Shown here one piece after another: positions 45,265-57,619 of a stretch of DNA of 64,000 nucleotides; the first letter of the stretch is position 1, and every line of letters begins with the position of its first letter. A program made the translations under genes and the position numbers. Source of the stretch: Macrostomum lignano. Taxonomy: Eukaryota. A model generated the notes under the pieces. It saw only the letters and a list, made by a program, of their open reading frames with translations. It did not search any database and was not told the origin of the DNA. The stretch covers positions 1 to 64,000 of the forward strand of contig NIVC01001655.1 of assembly GCA_002269645.1 (NCBI GenBank). The letters run 5' to 3'.

Positions 45265-45465
45265 TCCTGTCGCTTCTGCCTGTGTCGCTTCTGGCTGTGT
45301 CGCTTCTGGCTGTGTCGCTTCTGACTGTGTCGCTTCTGACTGTGTCGCTTTGCCTGTGTCGCTTCTGCCTGTGTCGCTTCTGCCTGTGTCGCTTCTGGCT
45401 GTGTCGCTTCTGACTGTGTCGCTTCTGACTGTGTCGCTTCTGCCTGTGTCGCTTCTGCCTGTGTC
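45265..45465. repeat. 15-bp minisatellite (CTGTGTCGCTTCTGN)n
   Basis: Tandem units at the point where the BEL gag homology stops. Confidence 0.9.
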
Positions 45466-47695
45466 AGATGTAATGTCGGCGCGAGGAGCGGGGTCAGGTC
45501 GATAGGCGTCCGACGATAATCGATTGCCGGTGCTGCGGGCTTGTGGCGGCTGGGAACTGGCGTTGCCCAGAAGGATGGCGGAAGCGAAGGTCGCAGCCGG
45601 AGGGGTAGCGGAAGCGGCTCTGAGCGTCACTCTGAGTGTCATAGTTGGCATGAGAGGCTGCCCGTTGGCAGCACGAAGGTTGCGGATCTCGCTCTGCAGC
45701 TCGATCGGGAGGCGGCTCCACAGGGCGTAGACGTAGCCGTCGAGGGTGCTGGCGGGCTCGCCAAGGCGGAGGAGCTGGCCGGTAGCGAGTCGGAGGTCGT
45801 CGGTGTAGGTCTCGAGCTCGTCTACGTCGGAGGCAGAGCTGCAGTATAGTCCGAGGAGGCGTTGAAAGCAGGTGTTTTTTCGCATTCTTTCGTTTTAGAA
45901 GACCCTCTATGTATCAAATAGGAAGCTGGCAGTTTCGAAAAAGAAGACCCGCCTAAAACATAGGAAGCTGCTCACATATTGTTGTCTATCATTTTGTTTG
46001 TTTATTCTTAATGGCTTTGTGTGTCCTTTATTACAGTTTATATTACAGTTTCGTTTTAGAAGACCGTCAAGCTACTATTTCATTGAAGGTCTTCCAAAAC
46101 GAAGGTAGTAGGGGTGGCAGCAACAAAAGCTGCAGAAACGTAGGGTTTAGATGATTTGTTTTCCTGTGTCGGCCTTGGGTACATTTTCTATGAATGTCTG
46201 ATATATACAGTTTCGTTTTAAAATACCGACAATGTTAAGCATCCATTAAAGGTCTTCCGAAACGAAAGTAGGGGATCACGATGTTCATTGTCGGTTACCT
46301 GTTGGAAATTCCGCAGAAGTAAGTTTAACATAAAGGTCTCTTACTTTCGTAATGCAAGACCTCCGTGTTGTAAATACTTAGGTGAAATGAGTTGGGTCTT
46401 CTTTTTCGAAGGTGAGGGGGGAGCGTGCGCACGCTGCTTTCATGCGTTTCTGAATCTTTCGTACTCGTGTCTCTCGAGTAACACTGGCGTATGATAGCTC
46501 GCTGCTTCTTTCTTAATTTCGTTTCACGAGACCCACAAGCAATATTCCTATTTTGCGGTCTTCTAAAACGAAAGTGTATATACACAGTGACCTCATGGCA
46601 CTAGTGTATTATAGTTTGACAGGCTGGGTATGAGATTGGTGGAATAAACGCTTGCGATTACAGTATAACAACTTTGTGTGGAATTAACTTTTGCTACGCT
46701 TTCATTTTGTTAGTGAATGCTCGTTTTTCGATTGATTTCTTCCCCTTTTCCATGGGTCTTCCATTACGAAAGTCACGCATTTTTGGGTCTTCTATAACGA
46801 AAGAATGCCTTTCTGCTCCTGTGCGTCGGCGTAGTTAGCCTGGAGGACGCGGCAGGCCTCGGCGTAGGCGTTGGGTTGGTAGGCACTGAGGGCGCCCAGC
46901 TTCCTGAGGGCGGGGCCGGATAGGAGACCGCGGAGTGCCTCGAATTTGTCGACGTCGTTAAGGCTGGATTGGTCGACTCGGTAGATGAAGGCGTCCCAGA
47001 ACCCGGGAATGCAGCAGGGTCGGTGCCGTCGAATGTCGGGAGACGGACCTTTTTGAGAACAGTAGATCGGACGAGAGCGGCCGGATCGCACTCACTGGTA
47101 GCCGATGACGACGCTGATGTCGGGGCAGGATTGGTTTTAGCCACGAGCTGTTGTATGAGCTGCATCTGCTGCTGATTCTGTTGTATCATCGCAGTCATCG
47201 AGGTGACGAGGGCGTTGAGGTCGACGGAGGCGGCGGGAGCTGTTGCAGATCTCCGAGCCGTGGAAGGAGCAGCGGGAGGATCAGATGTCGTGGCGGATGA
47301 AGCGGATGGCGGCGGGTCGCTGCCTTCGACGGTTGGCTGCTCCGCGGCAGTGTTCGCTTCAGCAGAGACTGTGGTGTGGTCATTCTGGGACTGCTGGGTC
47401 TGGTCGCCAGATTGGTCAGTTGTCGATCGTGTGATGACCATAACGCTCTGCTACCAAAATTGTCGAATAGACAATAAACTAATAAAATGTGATTAGTGGT
47501 GTAGAAAGGAAGAGAGCGAGAGAAGAAGTGAAGTTGTATTTATACTAACAATAATGAACAGGCCAGCCGAATTGTCTGTGGTAAATGAACGGTTACGATA
47601 GTCTGTGGGAAAGGCATGGTAGACAAAAGGAGACGGTTAACTGAAAAGTACAAGGTAATAGAAAGTACAAATATTTGGAGGATGGAAATCCGACA
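45465..47695 (-). mobile_element. 5' part of a BEL/Pao-type LTR retrotransposon: LTR, PBS and interrupted gag
   Basis: 235-bp LTR TGTCG..CGACA (47695-47461); PBS TGGTAGCAGAGCGT (47456-47443, complementary to the initiator Met tRNA 3' end); gag MVITRS..VRLPTFDG..FWDAF..DVDKFEALRGLLSGPAL (DUF1759-like), continuing at 45880-45470. Confidence 0.82.
45882..46808. mobile_element. Non-autonomous TIR element inserted in the BEL gag
   Basis: 24-bp TIR GCATTCTTTCGTT(T/A)TAGAAGACCC with one mismatch; many internal copies of TTCGTTTTAGAAGACC in both orientations. Confidence 0.85.
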
Positions 47696-48108
47696 GTTAC
47701 CTTGTTACCTGTTACCTGTTACCTGTTTCCTTGTTACCTATTTCCTGTACCTGTTTCATGTTACCTGTTACCTGTTACCTGTTTCCTGTTACCTGTTTCC
47801 TGTTACCTGTTACTTTGGTACCAGTTAACTTTTACCTTGTTACCTGTTACTTTCTTACCTGTTAACTTTTACCTTGCTACCTGTTACTTTCTTACCTGTT
47901 ACTTTGTTACCTGTTAACTTTTACCTTGTTACCTGTTTCCTGTTACCTTTTACCTGTTACTGTTTCCTGTTACCTGTTTCCTGTTACCTGTTTCCTGTTA
48001 CCTGTTTCCTGTTACCTGTTTCCTGTTACCTGTTTCCTGTTACCTGTTACTTTGGTACCTGTTAACTTTTACCTTGTTACCTGTTACCTTGTTACCTGTT
48101 ACCTCTGT
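47696..48108. repeat. (TGTTACC)n heptamer-based repeat
   Basis: Directly visible; second array at 51813-52035. Confidence 0.92.
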
Positions 48109-48129
48109 TATGTCAGAGGCAACCTGATG

Positions 48130-50564
48130 TCAAAGATTGTCAATGAAATGATTGTCACCTGATTGCCAAATGTCAGATGTTGTGATTGGCAACCCATCTT
48201 GACTGAGCACTGCTCCAATCGCTACCTGAGACGCGTCGCACTCAAGCTCTAGATGCTTCTTGGGGTCATAGGTCGCCAGCATGGTTTCTTTAGACAGAGC
48301 AGCCTTGATTTTCTTGAACGCTGTCTCTTGTGCGCCAGTCCACATGAACTCGCTATCATTGCGTCGCAGCTTTGACAGCGGCTCGATCAGGTCAGCCAGA
48401 TTTCTAATAAAACGGCCTGAGAAGTTCACCATTCCAATGAACGATTCTAATTCAGCGATGTTTTTAGGAGCTGCCATCTACCGAATGGCTCGTACTTTCT
48501 CCTCACTTGGCTTAATTGTGCCAGCTTCTAAGACAAATCCAAGAAATTGCACACGGTCTTTAGCTATTTGGCATTTCGACTCGTTGATCTTGAGCTCATA
48601 ACGTGCCAACTGCGTCCTGACCTCTGAATCTCGTTTTTGCAGTTCTTGCTTTGTCGGGCCACCAATCAATATGTCATCGACATATGCCACGGCTCCTGGA
48701 ATTCCTTGAATCACCTCAGAGATAAGCCGCTGAAAAATACTTGGCGCTGTTTTGATTACGAAAACTAAAGGATTGTAGCGGAAATTTCCGAACGGAGTGG
48801 CCATCACTGTTAGCTCCTATGATGCTTCATCTAACTCTATTTGATGATGGGCCTTTTCTAAACCCAAGATAGAGTAGACTTTACAACCCGTGACAGCTGA
48901 AAAGGCCTCCTCTGGAGTCGGTGACGGGTAGCTGTCGTTGACAAGCTGGGGATTTAACGTTTGCTTTTAAGCCACACACAGCCTAACACCGCCTTCCGGC
49001 TTTTGGATGAGCACAATGGTGACGCCCAGTTTGAGAATTTCACTGGTTCGATAATTCCGTCCTTTAGGAGCTCGTCCAATTCAGATCGAGCTTGTCCTTT
49101 AAAGCAAACGGGACCGGGCGTGCTTTAATGTACCTTGGTGTGACGTCATCCTTGAGCTGTAAGTGTGCCTTGAACCTTATTTGGGCATCAGTCGGGGGCA
49201 ACTCCTGTCCGGAATCCAGCACATGTGAGTGCCCAATTGATATTGCCTCCACGTCAACGTGCACCACATCTCGCCCCAGTAAGGCGAAGCTTCGATTGGA
49301 TGCCACGACGTGGAACGTGACGCTAATCGGACCACCGTTCCAGACAGCCTGTAGCTCAAGTTGATCTAGAAGTTTGAACTTGTGGTCATCAGTGTAGCCG
49401 ACCAGCACAGCCTTGCTAGGTTGTAGCTGCGGCCTACCCAGGCTTCTCCACAGGTTGCTCGACATGACAGACACAGTAGCTCCTGTGTCAATTTGGCACT
49501 GAATCTGTCTGCTCTGACCATTTATGGAGCACAACAGCTGGTCGGACACGACATTCCACTGGATGCCAAGCAGTTCACAACTGCCAAAACGTCAGCCGTT
49601 AGAGCGTCTTCTATTTGAGCTAAATAGTGTTGACTCTCGACTTTCGATTTGCACTGCTTTTCGAAATGTTAGTTTGTCTTCCTACATTTACGACAAATTT
49701 TGCCGATGGCTGGGCAACCCGGACTTGTTCTTGTGACCGCCGCCACACCTCGTGCAACGGAAACTGCTTGCGAAGTTAGATGCAGTGGACTTCCTGTCAG
49801 CCGGCCTCCTCGATTTCAGCGATGCTTGCTTCCCCACTTTCATGATCTGCTCAGAACGGGGTGCTGATTGGTGTCTTTTAGAGCTAGAATCGCTTCGGCT
49901 TCGGAGACTGCCATTTTGAAGGTGAGATCTTCATGATCCTTCACTAGCAGCTTGGCTATAATCGCCTTGTCATTTAAGCCAAGAATTAACTGATCTCGAA
50001 GGCGCTCCTCTCTATTGGAAAACAGGCACCTGACTGATGCTTTCAGCAAGCGCTCAGCAAATAATCTAACAGATTCCATCGGTTCACGTTTCAGGCTTTG
50101 AAAGGTGAAACTTGCTCAGCTAGTGCGTAGGTTTGTGGTTGCAGAATCTCCTTTAGAGCCTTTTCCAGTTGTTCAAAGTTCTTCGAGCTGGGCGCATCCG
50201 GGGACAGGTGGTCGACGATACTGTCATGCAATGCTGGAGAAAGTCTCATTAGCAGAACCTGCGCCATGTCGTCTCTAGTCCATCTGTAGAATCGAGAAGC
50301 GATTAAGAAGCGGTCTAGCCAACGCTGAAACATTCTGCCATCTTCCAGCTTTTCAGTGTCTGCCATTTGAGTCATAGCGCGATTAAAGAGTCCGTCATTA
50401 AACTGGTAGCCAGCCAACTGCTGATGTACGTCTCGAACCGGTGACTTGGATGGTGTTTTCCCTTTAGATGGATCCTTAGACACTATCTTAGCAGCTCCCA
50501 TAACAGGTGACTTTGCAGTAGGCGATTTTACTTGCGAACTTGCAGTGCCGGTGTCCTTGCTCAT
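48130..50564 (-). mobile_element. Decayed Ty3/Gypsy (Mag-like) gag-pol fragment
   Basis: gag (ESVRLFAERLLK..ERLRDQLILGL), two CCHC knuckles (~49640-49760), protease IDTGATVSVM, RT (TPFGNFRY..APSIFQR..YVDDILI), RNase H start ECDASQVAIGAVLSQ. Many stops and frameshifts; no integrase. Confidence 0.9.
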
Positions 50565-51569
50565 TCTTGTGCTTGCGACGCCACTGTTATGTCTTTATGC
50601 AGGTTGACGGAAATGATGTCGAGGTCTGTTTGTTTAGCAAGGGTTGAACTGAGTCCCTTTTCTCGGTGTCCTTTCTGTTGGACTTTTTTCCTTTATTTTA
50701 TTTGTGCCTTATTAACCATTCATTTCCCAGTGGCAGCTCTGCTGCCGCAAGCTCACCCCGACTCCCTCCCGTGATTACAGAATTTATGCGTCAATGGCAA
50801 ACAGACTTCCTACCCCAGCACCCCTTTAGTCTCCCGCAGTCGGCAGTAGAGCTGCCGCAAAAAATTGTTTCGTTTAACTGCCCGCTAATTTTGTTCCACT
50901 TTGTCAAGGACACAAATGTCCATGGCACAATAATAGTAATACCCATGCTTTAAGGGCGTTAATGGGAAAATCAGAGGGCGCCTAGACGATGGAGCCAGTA
51001 AGTAGCATAGGAAAAATGCGAGCGAAGCGAGAATTTTTTCTATGGTGCTTACTTTTGCGAAATTACTTTTCGCTGACATTCTCGGTGTCTTTTATAGCAG
51101 CTCCGATGCAGCTGACGACTGTGCTTTAATCAGCTCTACCCAACCTACCTGAGCACACCTACCGAACACCACATGTAGTTTATCTACCACGTATCACACT
51201 AGCTACCACAAGCCTACTCTATCTACCACAGTCTGCACTATCTACTGCAGTCTACCTTATCTACCACATATTCACATATATTCCCCTGTCTCCCTCTCCT
51301 CCTCCCCTCTTTCCCTCTCCCGCTCTCTCCTTCTCTCCATTCTTCCTCTCCGTTTCTCTCCTTCTCTCCCTCTTCCTCACTCCCCTCTCTCTGACTCTGA
51401 CTTACAACTCCTTCTACTTCCCACCGCCTGCTAATCCCCCACCCAAGTCCACGCAATTATCCATAAAACTCTTTCACAACACTTTGCTTCAGTTCACGTC
51501 TGTCAGCATTCCTTGAATTCAGTATTTCTAACTCAAAGAAGAGCAAAGGCGCTCGCAGTGAATTTGTGA

Positions 51570-51812
51570 CCAAGCAGGGGGCCCATTGGTGGAAATGAAC
51601 AATTTTTTTCCTTGAGCAAGACACTTAACTCTGCATTGCTTCAGTTCACCCAGCTGTAAAATGGGTGCCAGCATAAGCTGGGGTAATTGAGGGTGTGTGT
51701 GGCGACACCCCAGTCCTTGGACTGAACAGCCGTACGCAGCCTTCAGATGCGCCGCGCAATGGCTGCGGCTGAGCTGGCCAAATTGGGGAAGTGGTAATCC
51801 ATTATTATTAAC
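51570..51812 (+). mobile_element. CORE-like SINE, family B, 5'-degraded copy
   Basis: CCTTGAGCAAGACACTTAACTC..CAGTTCACCCAGCTGTAAAATGGG; (ATT)n tail; inverted homologue at 53092-53323. Confidence 0.7.
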
Positions 51813-52035
51813 TGTTACCTTGTTACCTGTTACATGTTACCTGTTACCTGTTACCTTGTTACCTGTTACCTGTTACCTGTTACCTTGATACCTGTTACCT
51901 GTTACCTGTTACCTGTTACCTTGTTATCTATTACATCGTTACCTTTTATCTTGTTACCTGTTACCTGTTACATTGATACCTGTTACCTGTTACCTGTTAC
52001 CTTGTTACCTGTCACCTGTTATCTTGTTACCTGTT
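51813..52035. repeat. (TGTTACC)n heptamer-based repeat, second array
   Basis: Directly visible. Confidence 0.9.
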
Positions 52036-52199
52036 ATTTCGTAAGCAAAAGCTGATAAAAGCAAAAAATTTCTGCTTAGTTTCGAGCCTATCCAGTTTTT
52101 TGAATAGTTTGTTTAAATAATTTGAGGGTCACCAGGTCTCTGTATGTAACACAGCTTTCATCTTAAATATGAACTATTTTTATTTATTTATTAGAGGCA

Positions 52200-52516
52200 G
52201 GGGGGTTGTGTGCACCCTGGCGCACTTTAAGCCACTTAGGCACACAACCGGCGAGAGGCATTGCTGCCCATTCTGCCGACTCCCCTGAGCAGGCACACAC
52301 TCACACAGGAGTGTACAGCGGCCCTAACTTTATTTTATCGTTAGGCATGTACACACTTCACTGCGCCTTGGGGGTTGGCTCTCAAGGCCGTTAATTGCAC
52401 GAACAGAGCCAAGCCGAGATTCCAATTCAGCCCCAAATTAATGTGACTGCACTTGGAATCGAGCCTGGGTCGCTGGCACACCAGAGCAGCTGCGCTACCG
52501 CTGGGCTACGGCCCCC
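52200..52516 (-). mobile_element. tRNA-derived SINE, family A, fuller copy
   Basis: Head GGGGCCGTAGCCCAGCGGTAG (A-box)..GGCTCGATTCC (B-box); body shared with 5493-5762. Confidence 0.78.
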
Positions 52517-53091
52517 CTCAAATGAACTAAATTTAGATGTTGCATTTTTATAGAGTTAAATAACTCATTTTTTTTGCTGCATGCACTGAATGCACTGGCG
52601 CTTATGGAAAAATCCGACATTCTGGTAGAATCGTCGAATATCTCGACGGTCCGGAAGGCATTTCCTACTGTGTTGCGAGTAATTTTAACAATTTGTCTGC
52701 ATGCTTGTTAATTTGAGTGGAGATTTTGCACTTTTTAAAGCAACTGAGAGAGACAGTGGCAGATTGGCATATTGAAATTCGTGGAAAGCAGTGTTTGCTA
52801 AATAGGCTACTCCAACAGGACCCTCTTGCCGAAGTATCTTACAGCGCTTGGCTGTTTGCTCAATCGACAAGCACCATTTCAGATGTTGCAGAGATGGAAA
52901 TTACTCTCAGCATTAAAGAAATTACGATATAAAAGGGTTAATACTGGTAGCTACAGCGACAATTACAGTAATCTACTGCTATTGTAAGGGTATACAATAG
53001 CCTCGCTACGGACACTTGCAACTTCTAAAGTTAGTTTCTCCATCATTGATTGAAAGTTTAGTACAGTGATCAGTTATATTAAATTGCAACC

Positions 53092-53323
53092 GACAACTCA
53101 GCCGCAGCTATTGCGCGGCGTATCTGAAGGCTGCCCAGGACTGGGGGGTCGCCACACACACCCTCAATTACTCCAGCTAATGCTGGCACCCATTTTACAG
53201 CTGAGTGAACTGAGACAATTCAGAGTTAAGTGTCTGGCTTAGGGACACAAATTGTTTTGAATGGGCTAAGAATCGAACCTCTGACCTTTCAGTAGTGTGT
53301 CTGAAGCTTGAACCACTAGGCTA
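53092..53323 (-). mobile_element. CORE-like SINE, family B, with tRNA-like head
   Basis: TAGCCTAGTGGTT (A-box), GGTTCGATTCT (B-box), then GACACTTAACTC..CAGCTGTAAAATGGGTGCCAGC. Confidence 0.75.
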
Positions 53324-54214
53324 AAACTGATCTTAATTATATTCCCTAGATAGGCCCCTTTGTATTGCGGCAGATGGAGAAAGTGCTACCGCTGTTTTTC
53401 GTCACATCCGAAGTGTGATTCAAAATCCGAAGTGGGTTGCTTAGATTTTGAGTTCAGTAGCAGCTTAGGGACATAGGTGCTATTTTTTGAGAACTTAGAT
53501 CTCATTAAGTAAGAGTAGATATTGTCAAACATATTCACATACAAACATTTAACATACTGCAATACAATGACTACTGACAAAATTGAGTTCAGTAGTTGAT
53601 TTTCGCGCTGTCGAGAGTTGCAAAATATTTCCCATTAGTTTTTACGGCCACATAAGTGTTTAATGAGTGGCTCATCTTGTGTAAATATGATCTTTTGGAC
53701 TACAACCCCTTCCAGGCCATACGAGCGTACGAGATGGTGTATGCTACATACGCTCGTATATGTACTTCAGTCACCATGAGGAATCTTTGAAACCCAATGC
53801 ATTCATGATCCATCAGTTCAGATTCCATGTGCCTACCTTGTGCCAAATCAATGCTTCCGCAAGTCATTCGTCAATAATCGAGTTGTTATTGTGCGAGTTA
53901 AGTAGGTTGTTATCAAAGTAAATAATTATTGTCAGTATATTTGAGCTGGGTTGGAAAACTGGCACAAAAAGGATCACTGCTAAATCACTTTTGATATATA
54001 GATCAAATATACCATTTTTAATGTAGAGAAGTATTGCATTTTTGCTTCAAATAAAAAAACTTGAGTGGTAGCTAGACGAGAAAAGTTGTACTTGAGTGGC
54101 TAAGTAAAAGTAGTTTAGTTAAAAAATCAAAGAATTTAAAGTTAATCATATCTCCCGAGCTTGATCTTCTCCAGCAGCAGACTCTGCCGCGGCAATTCTC
54201 GTTGGCTGCGGCCG

Positions 54215-54544
54215 TCACTGCTTGCACACAGCGGCCAGCAGGGCCAGAGCCGCGGTCAGAACGAGGCCGCTGGGACCGAACTGCCTCGGCGAGGAGTTGC
54301 ACAGGTCGGTGGTGCAGCACGAGGTGATGCTGGATTCCACGCAGGTACTGGAAGCGGAGCGGGTGATGATGCCAGCCGTGTCAGCCTTGACGCAGTAGGT
54401 GCCAGTGTTTGTTGGGGTGCTGCTGGAGACGGTGCTGCAGGCGACGCAGACGTAGCAGTTGACGGCGTCGGCCGGGGTGGGCAGAAGGCAGACGGCGACC
54501 AGGAGGCCGAGAGTGGCCAGGCGGAGCACTTGCTGACGCTGCAT
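54215..54544 (-). CDS. Ly6/uPAR GPI-anchor-type small protein, copy 2
   Basis: 109-aa paralogue of copy 1 with identical Cys spacing; homology extends into the 5' and 3' flanks. Confidence 0.85.
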   Translation of the reverse strand: MQRQQVLRLATLGLLVAVCLLPTPADAVNCYVCVACSTVSSSTPTNTGTYCVKADTAGIITRSASSTCVESSITSCCTTDLCNSSPRQFGPSGLVLTAALALLAAVCKQ

Positions 54545-55479
54545 GCTGATGGCAGGTGATGCTTTGCTGAAACTGGGGGCTGCTTGAGGCGGTGTGTTGA
54601 GTCTGAGCTGTTTGAAGCCGCTCCGCTCCGGCGCTCCGACTTAAATAGACGCGAGCGGCGCCACCCCACACAGCTCTCCGCCGCAGACCCCGTTGCTAGG
54701 CCAGCGAGTTCTGCAAATATAGAAGCCTGGAGTTGTGTTTTCTCAAGTTACACAATTATGGAGAAAGAATCAAACTACGGTAGAAAATGGTTAGCAAAAA
54801 TTGTATGAATCGATTCCTCAGATTCCACCACAGGAGTGACAACTGTTGGCACACAAAATGCCAGTGTTGTCGTGCGTTGTTTTTTCCGCACACTTACCGA
54901 CGGTTAAAGAAGAACACGTCTGAAGACGTTTCGTAATTTCATAACAGTACACATGATAGTACATGATACGTACACCATACATGATCCATGCTTTTTCAAC
55001 AGTCAAGATTAAAAATTTAACAAAATACTTGCTTGCAAACTGAACCTTTTCAAAGACAGAAAGACTAGCTAACGTGATGAACTCACAAGCTCTCTTCTCA
55101 AGCATTTTCCTACAGCCACTCTCTTTACTTCTATCACTTTGTATCTGTGTCTACATTTGCAAATTTATGTCTACATGAAACTTGCATAGCACTGCGCGAA
55201 CCCGCACGAGTCCCTGCTTATTTTCAAAGGGATGAAACACGTCTTTGTTTCTTTAAGAATATTTGAATTCCGGCTTACCCGTGAATCTATTGCGCAACAG
55301 GGATAGAAACATCTCATTGTTTGTAGCTGGTATAGATAGCCAGTTTCCACTGGAAGCAGATCCAGTCCAAATCTTTTAATATGACTTAATATGATTTATT
55401 TACAAATATACATAGTGAAATTAGCTGGTATAATACTTATATAATATGTCATCATGTTATGACAGCCGGAGAGGCTGCT

Positions 55480-55870
55480 CAGCGTGCTTGGCTACGCCGA
55501 CGATCTCGCTCTGATGTCCTCAACTGTCGAGAGCGCCCAGAGACAAGCTGGACCGGCTGGTTGGTGTTGCGGCGGGTGTCTGGCTGGAGGCCAACACACA
55601 GAAGACCGTCCTGTACTGCGTGCCGAACGACATCGGGCTGCAATTTTGTGCCGAGGCGCAGATTGACACGCGATGGAGCTTCCGCACGATGTCAGCAGTT
55701 CGTTTACCTCGAGGGCGGCGTTGTTCCAGACGGTGGTCGAGACCGTCCTGCTGTACAGCGACGAGACCTGGACGCTGACAGACTCGCTCGAACAGCAAGT
55801 CGATGCGGCGCACGCTGGCCTGCTGCGCGCCGCCTTCAAGATCGGTGACGAGCGAGTGACCAACGTGGCA
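55480..55870 (+). mobile_element. Degraded RTE-like LINE RT fragment
   Basis: LGYADDLALMS, LFQTVVETVLLYSDETWTLT..LLRAAF; frameshifted. Confidence 0.75.
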
Positions 55871-55967
55871 CTCCACCTATTGTAATAGATGCTCAATTTT
55901 TCTTTTTTATACAAATTGTGAGGCAGTAATTTTGGGTTCATTGCACGCGTACATATTTAGTAGATGA

Positions 55968-56070
55968 CTTTCTTCTTCTTCTTCTTCATCCCGTTCTTGC
56001 CCTAAGGGCATGGGACGCCGATAGCTACGTTCCCCTGCACGTTCGTCTGTGTCTTGCCATATTAGTTTTG
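55968..56070 (-). mobile_element. Probable LINE 3' end with (GAA)n tail
   Basis: The minus strand ends ..GCAAGAACGGGATGAAGAAGAAGAAG, an RTE-like tail. Confidence 0.45.
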
Positions 56071-56089
56071 GACAAGTTTTGACTTTATC

Positions 56090-56560
56090 ATTATCATCAT
56101 CGTCACCGCCGTCATCACCATCATCATAATCATAATCATCATAATCATAATCATCATAATCATAATCAAATCATCATCATCATCATCATCATCACATCAT
56201 AATCATCATCATCATCATCATCATCATCACATCATAATCATCACATCATCATCATCATCACATCACTATCATCATCATCATCATCATCATCATCACATCA
56301 TAATCATCATCATCATCATCATCATCATTATCACATCATAATCATCATCATCATCATCATCATCACATCATAATCATCATCATCATCATCATCATCACAT
56401 CATAATCATCATCATCATCACACCATAATCATCATCATCATCACATCATCATCACAACATCATCACATCATCATCATCATCATTATCACATCATAATCAT
56501 CACACCATCACATCATCATCATCGTCATCACATCATAATCATCATCTTCTTCTTCTTCTT
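56090..56560. repeat. (ATC)n-based microsatellite
   Basis: CAT/CATAAT/CACAT variants; resumes at 56863-56935. Confidence 0.95.
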
Positions 56561-57619
56561 CTCGCTTTTTGTCGCCTTTCGGCATAGCTCACCGGGAGTC
56601 CCTTACTCCAGCTCTTACGCTTCGCATTGCCGATCTTGTCTCTCTCGCCTGCTCTCTCCGGTGATTCACGATGGTTTTGTTTAAAGAGGTCCCACGGTTC
56701 GTTATGCCGTGGTCACTCTGCCGGGTGCGGTTTTGCCCGCGGGACGTGGTTTTCAAATCACGGCCGCGGGCCTCACCGCCCCCCCGGTTCCTTATTTGCC
56801 AGACTGGCACGCCAGTCTGCCCGCTTGGCACCAATCGTGGAGGTTGGGAACCATCGCCAAGCATCATAATCATCACACCATCACATCATCATCATCGTCA
56901 TCATCATTTTATTCTTCTTCTTCTTCTTCCAATCCGTATCCGAATCTCCATATTTGACTCAATAATCATGAAAGTACATATTATAAATTAAAATCATATT
57001 AATTTGAATGCCTTAAATTCACTTTAAATAAGGAAACTTAAAATGAAAAGAAGAAATAAAGCAGGCGAGTCGTTAAAAGATTATCGCAACATTCAAAATA
57101 AATTCTAATAAAAGCACTGCCGGCCTTCATAGCATTTTCTAAAAAGTAAAGTGCCCCGTTCTACTTATGCTGTTCAAGATTTTTCGGTGGTTGTTGGATA
57201 AAATATCGAGCTAATTTGTGCCTTTATTGACCATGCAAATAGCAAGTAGTTGCAGAAGAGCCATGAGTTGAAAATTTCACAGAGGGCCGTGCAAATTTTG
57301 TATGTGAGTGGCTTGTCTATTGACTCTCTGCTTTGTGCTTTGGGGCAGAACTGTAAATACCGCCATTGTGCCGCTTTGTTGGCATGGCCACGAGTCCCCC
57401 ATTCGTTATTTTTGTTTTATGACGTCTGCTCGGCCTTATTGGGCTTGGGTTGAGTGTAGTTCCACTCTCTTGCATACAGATGCAACTGCTCAAAAATTGT
57501 ACTGAGTGGGGTGGAACTGTTAGGGGTGCCTTAGTGGTCACAATGACCTTTTGTAACCCCTTGTCTCCTGGTGGTCTGAATCTTTATCCTGTGGTCGTCA
57601 CTATATTTTCCTTTGGTGC

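Noticed and set aside
46335-46345. GGTCTCTTACT, resembling part of a flatworm spliced leader as recalled from memory
   Set aside because: Lies in the GGTCTT-motif array of a TIR element; no terminal ATG|GT donor or Sm site follows.
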